A stretch of DNA of 22,694 nt, taken from assembly GCA_027340875.1 (NCBI GenBank), contig DAIENX010000099.1, positions 1 through 22,694 of the forward strand, read 5' to 3'. This document shows, in pieces, positions 10,001-14,954 of the stretch. Both the position numbers and the translations under genes were made by a program. The notes beneath the pieces were generated by a model. It saw nothing but the letters and a program-made list of their open reading frames with translations. It did no database searches and had not been told where the DNA came from. Positions within the stretch are counted from its first letter, which is position 1, and each line of letters opens with the position of its first letter. This DNA is from Elusimicrobiota bacterium. Its GTDB lineage: Bacteria > Elusimicrobiota > Elusimicrobia > Elusimicrobiales > UBA9959.

Positions 10001-10141
10001 CATATCGTGATCGAGGGCGAGCTGGTCCAGCGGCGCGGCATCGTGAACCGCGAGGAGTACGATGTGCGCGAGACCGTGGAGCTGGAGAACGGCAGGTTGC
10101 GGATAACCCGGACGGAAGGCGAGGGGCTGCTGGGCGAGTAG
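7019..10141 (+). CDS. Large exported helical protein with C-terminal NTF2-like domain (1040 aa)
   Basis: Signal peptide MRTFFSLAVSLSLAAPVFA, long helical/coiled-coil regions, Pro/Gly linkers, terminal EIKRFYDRFAKAYESADLAGVLGAVS..VSYHIVIEG..ELENGRLRITR. Confidence 0.75.
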   Translation: MRTFFSLAVSLSLAAPVFAGPEGGKSEEAARNELLEFYKAAQDNVLAAQKTAEDGMKKAEEWTQAYSDYAPQFDGMVQKLGDAVLRNRQTAQDKLEVINFLQRLEGSKVYAVSQYRLNEKINRMDNYAEIIGELQRVKQELDGRYSKAVAWAGRMAEEHKGLGELAQAIAGKAGLLRHMKISIEIMEKYKPVPDDKFDSLRQIETMLGDVTKIVPRPMSDVLDGYAKTLAGITSALRALDTQIQNNARQGFMEITGPEQRAWQEQYPGEFAGVQKMKEFPEVEPQGLWVGTALDGEIYAFEDGRFSRLSCSAGALRTVYGHYTELLEKVRALAGAQVKIPLGRLRRACEDPDFVARLQNASGLYDKARDPQNYPGSFASFTSILSDAFGATVADRTAQAIRSGPAHPAVTPPGPAAPAGGDPAAYLLWADALWRRYDQLASEADLGDKFAVIKADAKTASQAFAKNYNSTLASKDPAYGKANKLLWLLCSPERWETGNPKAEMSAQNAAALLGVDAKATLRLAGLAKGNYRGQLENYGKALADYLEIKRQIGEMTLQGAAGIPYNRYDGTFYVAPRSFPKVPEPGENPLVEKLALLRDFLQGKQGGSNWTETVMDSGGARGYAAAYDDRTMDMLLSGEEGKAKKAAEALKWESPAPGLKAALLRVRAAADGVLKWETAQRFTLSSISPQGLMDRIDKDIACLDERDSAIQNGIREYKGQFPARVSGLAAECRAALATITSASLALCADTLKELRKRDEAEKRFYSVWEALNPSFKAMLRGENWVYRVPAGIPMGKSYEAVLEMSSFARQTAQQTVRARLAYASALEKDRRAARELPLFFLPQASSNDRGMLDAYNALVSDAEYRYGDEIAGAEPYEFEKTALQAALRALPQLPGRPGGALPGTGGGAGPGGTPSADEEIKRFYDRFAKAYESADLAGVLGAVSDRWRSNTGQTIAGLDGRLGSVFSTYKNLRCTISRLTTAPAAGGKQAWEVSYHIVIEGELVQRRGIVNREEYDVRETVELENGRLRITRTEGEGLLGE

Positions 10142-10173
10142 AGAGCGCGGGGGAATGTGGGGCAGGGAAAATT

Positions 10174-10187
10174 GGGGTCAGGTCTTG
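10174..10187 (+). repeat. GGGGTCAGGTCTTG motif, copy 2
   Basis: Intergenic, 51 bp upstream of direct repeat copy 2; matches 2424-2437. Confidence 0.5.
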
Positions 10188-10256
10188 GCCGTTTTGAAGA
10201 GCATAGCTCCTGATACGGCACGCGCATAGCGCAGAATCTTGATATTCAGGGGTAAA

Positions 10257-10637
10257 ATGACAGAAACAGAAAAACTCATCCGGGAATTTTGGCGGCTGAT
10301 GGGGACTAACGACTTCGGGGCGGCGGCGGGGCTGCTGGCGCCGGACTTTACGTTGGACTGGCCTCAGTCGGGCGAGCGCATACGCGGCCCGAAGAATTTT
10401 GCCGCTGTTAACTCCGAGTATCCGGCGCATGGGCCGTGGAAGTTCAGGATCAACTCACTGGTGGCCGGCCCGGACAGCGCGGCTACCGACGTGGACGTTA
10501 CGGACGGCACCGTGCGCGCGCGGGCGATCACGTTCTTCGCCGTAGAGAATGGCAAGATCGCCAGGATCACCGAATTCTGGCCGGACCCCTTCCCTGCCGC
10601 CGAGAACCGGAAGCACCTGGCAGAGCGGATAAAATAG
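10257..10637 (+). CDS. SnoaL-like / NTF2-family protein, copy 2 (126 aa)
   Basis: Differs from copy 1 at only 6 residues, all within the first 25. Confidence 0.85.
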   Translation: MTETEKLIREFWRLMGTNDFGAAAGLLAPDFTLDWPQSGERIRGPKNFAAVNSEYPAHGPWKFRINSLVAGPDSAATDVDVTDGTVRARAITFFAVENGKIARITEFWPDPFPAAENRKHLAERIK

Positions 10638-10689
10638 CCGGCCTTTAACCTGAGCCAGGTATTTAAATAATCCCCGATATCACTTCCTC

Positions 10690-10727
10690 CAACCCGTCAC
10701 CTCCTTGTCGGGTTGACCTGCTATGCT
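10690..10727 (+). promoter_or_regulatory. Palindromic WYL/PafBC-like promoter element upstream of ORF6N gene
   Basis: CAACCCGTCA-cctcct-TGTCGGGTTG (9/10 IR). TGTCGG 10706-10711, 10-bp spacer, TATGCT 10722-10727. Confidence 0.75.
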
Positions 10728-10745
10728 ATTTATAGCGGTTATGTC

Positions 10746-10768
10746 TGAGGTCACAAATTGTGACCTCA
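10746..10768. promoter_or_regulatory. Putative operator palindrome between promoter and RBS of ORF6N gene
   Basis: Perfect IR TGAGGTCACAA-a-TTGTGACCTCA; the same core recurs inside the gene at 10984-11010. Confidence 0.65.
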
Positions 10769-10783
10769 AACGCTGGGGGGAAT

Positions 10784-11137
10784 ATGTCAAAAGAGATCGT
10801 CCCGCATGAGTTGATCGAGGCTAAAATACTTTTAATACGCGGGCACAGGGTTATGCGGGACCGTGATCTTGCTCCTCTATACGGCGTTACCACAAAAGCG
10901 CTCAATCAGGCCGTTAAACGCAGAAGGGAAAAGTTCCCCGCAGATTTCATGTTCCAACTGACAAAACGGGAGGCGCAGGAACTTTCAAGGTCACAATTTG
11001 TGACCTTGAAGCGTGGCCAGAATATCAAGTTCTTGCCCTACGCGTTCACGGAATACGGCGCTATACCGGCGGCGAACATCTATCCTACTGATCTATTTTA
11101 TGTGCTTCCCGGTGTATTTCAAGCAGGTAAGGGTTAA
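10784..11137 (+). CDS. ORF6N domain DNA-binding protein, probably C-terminally truncated (117 aa)
   Basis: IRGHRVMRDRDLAPLYGVTTKALNQAVKR..FPADFMFQLT..RSQFVT..PYAFTEYGA is the ORF6N signature. Similarity ends after AANI. SD GGGGGGA. Confidence 0.85.
   Translation: MSKEIVPHELIEAKILLIRGHRVMRDRDLAPLYGVTTKALNQAVKRRREKFPADFMFQLTKREAQELSRSQFVTLKRGQNIKFLPYAFTEYGAIPAANIYPTDLFYVLPGVFQAGKG
10984..11010. repeat. Intragenic palindrome in ORF6N gene
   Basis: Perfect IR TTCAAGGTCACAA-t-TTGTGACCTTGAA, encoding SRSQFVTLK. Confidence 0.9.
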
Positions 11138-12549
11138 TTAGGCCTCGGCGGCCTTCTCGGGCCGCGGCGGTCGCCGGGACGGCCGGGGCCGCCGGGACCT
11201 CGGCGCGGAGGACCGAATTTGCGGGGGCCCGGAGGCCTGCCGAAGGGCTTGGGGCCGCGGGGCTGCCAGGGGCGGTCGCCGCCGGGGCGGGGATCGTTGC
11301 CGCGAGGCGGGCCGAAGCGGCGGGGCGGGCGGCTGTCACCGCCGGGACGGGGTTCGAAGCGCCTTGGGGGGCGGCTGTCGCCGTCACGAGGGGGACCGAA
11401 ATGTTTACGGAGAGGGCGGCCTTCGCCGAAGCGGTCATCGCGGCGCGGAGGGCCGAAACGCCTGGGAGGGCGTGAATCTCCGCCCGGGCGCGGCTCGAAG
11501 CGCCTTGGGGGGCGGCTGTCGCCGCCTTGCGGGGGGCCGAAATGCTTCCGAGGGCGGTCGTCGCCGTAATGGCCTTCGCGCCTGGGCGGGCCGTAATGCC
11601 TGCCGGGCCTGTCGTCCCGGTGGTGCTCGTCGCGCCGCGGGGGACCGAAATGCTTGCGCGGAGGACGCCCCTCGCCGAATTGGTCATCGCGCCGCGGGGG
11701 ACCGAAGCGCCTGGGGGGGCGCTCGTCACGGCGGTTGTCATCGTTGAATTTGCGGGGGCCGGGCCTGCCGTATGAGCGCTGGTCCCGCGGCTGCCACTGG
11801 CGGTCGCCGCCGGGGCGGCCCTCATCGCGGCGGGGGGGGCCGAAGCGCTGGGGAGGTCTTTGCTCCCCGCGGTTCTCGTCCCCGAAATTCTGCGGGCCCT
11901 TCCTGCCGTAGGCGCGCTGGGCGCGCGGCTGCCAGCGGCGGTCGTCTTCGGGGCCGTTCTCTTCTGGGCGCGGGGGGGCGTAATGCCTGGGGGGCCTTTC
12001 GCCGCGGGGCTTAAAATCGCGCCTGGGCGGGCCGAAACGCTTGCCGGGCCTGTCGCCGCGGGGTTTGTCCTGCCGCGGGCGCGGGGGTATGCCTACGGGA
12101 CGGGTGGGCGGGGGAGGGATGATCTCCTGCTGCGCCGGGGGCTCGGCGGCTTTAGGGGCCGGCTGAGGCTCCGCCTGGGGCGCCGGCTCCGGCGCGGGAG
12201 CGGGCGCGGCGGCTTCTATAGGCTGCTCGGGTGCCGGGCTGGGTTCGGGCTGGGCTACGGACGGCTCCGGCGCGGCGGCGGCTTCAACCGGCTGTTCCGG
12301 GGCCGCGGCGGCGGGCTGCGCCTGTATCTCCTGCTGAGGCTCCGCGGGTACGGCGGCCTCGCCGGGGGGCGGCACGGCGTGGATGAACTTCACTTTGGCG
12401 CTGTTCTTGGCGTTGGAGGCGCCTATGCGGCAATGAGTGCAGCGGCGCAGGCAGTCGCGGTAGGTATTGGCCTGGGGAACTTCCTTGGCTTTGACCTGCG
12501 GCATCATGCGGCCGCAGCCGGGGCAGCGAATTTGGGGCAGGATGATCAT
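11134..12549 (-). CDS. Zn-ribbon protein with long Pro/Ala/Glu and Arg/Gly/Pro/Asp low-complexity tail (471 aa)
   Basis: Start reassigned to ATG 12549 because the upstream part of the 858-aa ORF is antisense to a real gene. N-terminal CPGC..CTHC, then PAEP linker and repeated FGPPR units. Confidence 0.75.
   Translation of the reverse strand: MIILPQIRCPGCGRMMPQVKAKEVPQANTYRDCLRRCTHCRIGASNAKNSAKVKFIHAVPPPGEAAVPAEPQQEIQAQPAAAAPEQPVEAAAAPEPSVAQPEPSPAPEQPIEAAAPAPAPEPAPQAEPQPAPKAAEPPAQQEIIPPPPTRPVGIPPRPRQDKPRGDRPGKRFGPPRRDFKPRGERPPRHYAPPRPEENGPEDDRRWQPRAQRAYGRKGPQNFGDENRGEQRPPQRFGPPRRDEGRPGGDRQWQPRDQRSYGRPGPRKFNDDNRRDERPPRRFGPPRRDDQFGEGRPPRKHFGPPRRDEHHRDDRPGRHYGPPRREGHYGDDRPRKHFGPPQGGDSRPPRRFEPRPGGDSRPPRRFGPPRRDDRFGEGRPLRKHFGPPRDGDSRPPRRFEPRPGGDSRPPRRFGPPRGNDPRPGGDRPWQPRGPKPFGRPPGPRKFGPPRRGPGGPGRPGDRRGPRRPPRPN
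11165..12035 (-). repeat. Degenerate intragenic tandem repeats encoding (R/H/K)FGPPR and GDSRPPRRF units
   Basis: About ten FGPP/YGPP units; GDSRPPRRFEPRPGGDSRPPRRFGPPR occurs twice, and DRxWQPR three times. Boundaries approximate. Confidence 0.75.
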
Positions 12550-12556
12550 TAGGGAT

Positions 12557-12585
12557 AGTCTATCTTGTCTTACCCGCCCGCGCAA
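12557..12585 (-). promoter_or_regulatory. Sigma70-like promoter for a probably leaderless transcript
   Basis: On the - strand TTGCGC-N17-TAGACT ends 7 nt before ATG 12549; no SD. Confidence 0.6.
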
Positions 12586-12648
12586 GCGGGAAATGGCGCG
12601 TCCGCCGGATAAATACAACCCGGCCCGCGCAAATAGTAAAATCAGTAC

Positions 12649-13695
12649 ATGGCACATGAGAAGACACGCGACCCGCTGCACGGAGTAACGCTCGAGACCA
12701 TACTGAACGCCATGGTGAAGCGCCACGGCTGGGCGGGCCTGGGCCGCAGCATCCGGGTGAGGTGCTTTCTCAACGAACCGTCGGTGAGCAGCAGCCTGGC
12801 TTTCCTGCGCAAGACCCCCTGGGCGCGCCAGAAGCTGGAGGCCTGGTATGTCTACGAGGAATCCAGGAAGCCGAAACCCAAGCCGGCGCCGAAGCCCGCC
12901 GAGCCCAGCATAGCGAGCGTGGCCCGGACGGCCCTGCAGGCGCTGGGCGTGAAGGACGGGCTCGAGGACGCGTCGCTGCCGGCCAACCCGCGCGTGCTGG
13001 ACCTGGTCCCCGCGGGGGGAATTAAGAAGCTTTTGATCTACGCCCCGGACGCGATTGGCCGGCGCATGGCGCTGATACACCCGGAGCTGTTCGCTGGCAT
13101 CAACGCGGGCGGTTTCAGGCCGATAAACGTGCGCAGCGTGTACCCGTCCAAGACGCCGGTGTGCTTCGCCTCCATGTTCAGCGGGCTGATGCCCTCGGGC
13201 CACGGCATAAAGCAGTACGAGAAGCCGGAGCTCAAGTGCAAGACCATCTTCGACGCGCTGCCCGCGGCGGGCTTTAAGGCCGCTATAGCGGCCGTTAAGG
13301 ACAGCAGCATGGACCTGATCTTCCGCGGCCGCCCGGTGGACTATTTCTCCGAGGAGTACGACGCCCAGGTGACGGACCGGGCGCTGGCGCTGCTGGAGGC
13401 CGGCGGCCACGACGTGATACTGGCCTACCACCAGGAGTACGACGACCTGCTGCACAAGGTGGGCCCGTGGAAGGACGAGGCCGTCGCCGCGGTGGCGCGC
13501 CACATGGAGGCTTTCGCGCGGCTGGCCTCGGCCGCGGCCGTTGCCTGGAAGGACGTGCCGCACGCGATACTGTTCGCTCCTGACCACGGCGCGCATACGG
13601 ACCCCGCCACCGGCAAGGGCGTGCACGGAGACGACATCCCCGCCGACATGAACGTTACCCATTACTGGAAGTTCTCCCCGGGAGGAGGACGGTGA
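12649..13695 (+). CDS. VF530 (DUF2132) domain fused to alkaline-phosphatase-superfamily domain
   Basis: DPLHGVTLETIL..GW..IRVRCF..PSVSSSLAFLRKTPWARQKLE is VF530. After a KPKPKPAP linker: PDAIG..SVYPSKTPVCFASMFSG..HGI..DHG..HG of the AlkP/phosphodiesterase fold. Confidence 0.8.
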   Translation: MAHEKTRDPLHGVTLETILNAMVKRHGWAGLGRSIRVRCFLNEPSVSSSLAFLRKTPWARQKLEAWYVYEESRKPKPKPAPKPAEPSIASVARTALQALGVKDGLEDASLPANPRVLDLVPAGGIKKLLIYAPDAIGRRMALIHPELFAGINAGGFRPINVRSVYPSKTPVCFASMFSGLMPSGHGIKQYEKPELKCKTIFDALPAAGFKAAIAAVKDSSMDLIFRGRPVDYFSEEYDAQVTDRALALLEAGGHDVILAYHQEYDDLLHKVGPWKDEAVAAVARHMEAFARLASAAAVAWKDVPHAILFAPDHGAHTDPATGKGVHGDDIPADMNVTHYWKFSPGGGR

Positions 13696-13708
13696 TAGCG
13701 AGGCGACC

Positions 13709-14287
13709 ATGAAAACCGACGACCGCTGTTCCTGGGCCTACGGCGCGAGCCCTTTCTACATCCCTTACCACGACGAGGAATGGGGCGTGCAGGTGTTTGA
13801 CGACCGCACCCAGTTCGAGTTTTTGACTTTGGAAAGCGCGCAGGCGGGGCTTTCCTGGAGCACCGTGCTCAACAAGCGCGAGGGCTACCGCAAGGCTTTC
13901 GCGGGCTTCGACCCGGCGAAGGTGGCGAAGTTCACCCCGAAGAAGATAGAGGCCCTGCTCAAGGACCCCGGCATTATCCGCAACCGCCTGAAGGTGGCCG
14001 CCGCCGTCAACAACGCCAAACGCTTCCTGGAAGTGCAGAAGGAGTTCGGCAGCTTCTCCAAGTACATCTGGGGTTTCGTGGGCGGCAAGCAGAAGGTGAA
14101 CCGCTGGAAGACGCTCTCGCAGCTGCCGGCCACTTCCAAAGAATCGGACGCGCTCAGCGCGGACCTCAAGAAGCGGGGCTTCAAGTTCACTGGCAGCACG
14201 GTGATGTACGCCCACATGCAGGCCACGGGCCTGGTGAACGACCACCTGGTCACCTGCTTCCGCCACAAACCCTGTACCAGGCCGTAG
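13709..14287 (+). CDS. tag: DNA-3-methyladenine glycosylase I
   Basis: RCSW..YHDEEWG..FEFLTLESAQAGLSW..IIRNRLK..KKRGFKFTG..QATGLVNDHLVTC. Confidence 0.95.
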   Translation: MKTDDRCSWAYGASPFYIPYHDEEWGVQVFDDRTQFEFLTLESAQAGLSWSTVLNKREGYRKAFAGFDPAKVAKFTPKKIEALLKDPGIIRNRLKVAAAVNNAKRFLEVQKEFGSFSKYIWGFVGGKQKVNRWKTLSQLPATSKESDALSADLKKRGFKFTGSTVMYAHMQATGLVNDHLVTCFRHKPCTRP

Positions 14288-14291
14288 TCTT

Positions 14292-14300
14292 TGTTATAAT
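14292..14300 (+). promoter_or_regulatory. Extended -10 promoter, probably leaderless pxpB
   Basis: TG-t-TATAAT ends 6 nt before GTG 14307. Confidence 0.6.
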
Positions 14301-14306
14301 TAAGGC

Positions 14307-14954
14307 GTGACCAAGACTACACCGGAAACCTATTTCCTCGGCGACGCCTGCCTGTGCTGGGCGCTGGGGGAGAAGATAGACCGCCTCACCTCGCTGAAAG
14401 TGCTCTACGCCTGGCGCAAGCTCTCCGGCGACCCGAAGCTCAAGGCCCTGGGCGTGCACGACCTGGTGCCGTCCTACACGGCGCTGGCCGCCCACGCGGA
14501 CCCGCTGTGCGACTGGGACGCCGTGCGCCGCGTGGTGGACGCCTGCCTGGCCGCGATGCCCTCCGAAGAGGCCAAGCTGAAGGAGCGCTCCGGCCGGCAC
14601 GTGCTGCCGGTGTCCTACAAGGGCGAGGACCTGCAGCGCGTGGCCGACCACGCGAAGCTCACGGTGGAAGAGGTGATACGCCGCCACACCGCGCCCGAGT
14701 ACCTGGTGGCCATGATAGGCTTCCGTCCCCATTTCCCTTATCTCCTCGGCCTGGACCGCACGCTGGTCACGCCGCGGCTGGATTCGCCCCGCGTGGCGAT
14801 ACCCGCCGGCGCCGTGGCCATAGGCGGCGAGCAGACCGGCGTGTACCCGGAGAAGTCCCCGGGCGGCTGGAACATACTGGGCATGACCGAGCCGGAACTC
14901 CTCTACGACATAGAGCCCGGCGACACCGTGATCTTCAAGAGGGCCGACCGATGA
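14307..14954 (+). CDS. pxpB: 5-oxoprolinase subunit B (KipI / allophanate hydrolase subunit 1 family)
   Basis: LGD..DLVPSYT..PVSY..DL..IGFRPHFPYL..PR..PAGAVAIGGEQTGVYP..SPGGWNILG. Confidence 0.9.
   Translation: MTKTTPETYFLGDACLCWALGEKIDRLTSLKVLYAWRKLSGDPKLKALGVHDLVPSYTALAAHADPLCDWDAVRRVVDACLAAMPSEEAKLKERSGRHVLPVSYKGEDLQRVADHAKLTVEEVIRRHTAPEYLVAMIGFRPHFPYLLGLDRTLVTPRLDSPRVAIPAGAVAIGGEQTGVYPEKSPGGWNILGMTEPELLYDIEPGDTVIFKRADR

Larger units (their letters stand above)
10239..10731 (+). repeat. 493-bp direct repeat, copy 2
   Basis: Ungapped alignment with 2442-2934. Confidence 0.95.

Noticed and set aside
4422..10003. Long minus-strand ORFs (523, 345, 550 aa and similar ones elsewhere)
   Set aside because: Typical high-GC antisense shadows of + strand genes with no recognisable motifs.
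2442..10731. Composite transposon, integron or prophage
   Set aside because: No transposase, integrase, attC-like sites, terminal IRs or virion genes in the window.
10746..10768. CRP site (TGTGA/TCACA), tempting given the nearby adenylate cyclase
   Set aside because: Half-sites are in the opposite order (TCACA-N3-TGTGA) to the CRP consensus TGTGA-N6-TCACA.
11165..12035. Repeats as a possible CRISPR array
   Set aside because: Degenerate, codon-phased and without unique spacers; explained by protein repeats. No cas genes.
12550..13710. N-terminal 387 codons of the 858-aa minus-strand ORF
   Set aside because: Antisense shadow of the VF530-AlkP gene; a promoter and plausible start exist at 12549.
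14354..14950. N-terminal extension of the 724-aa ORF
   Set aside because: Out-of-frame overlap with pxpB; PxpA similarity starts at ATG 14951.
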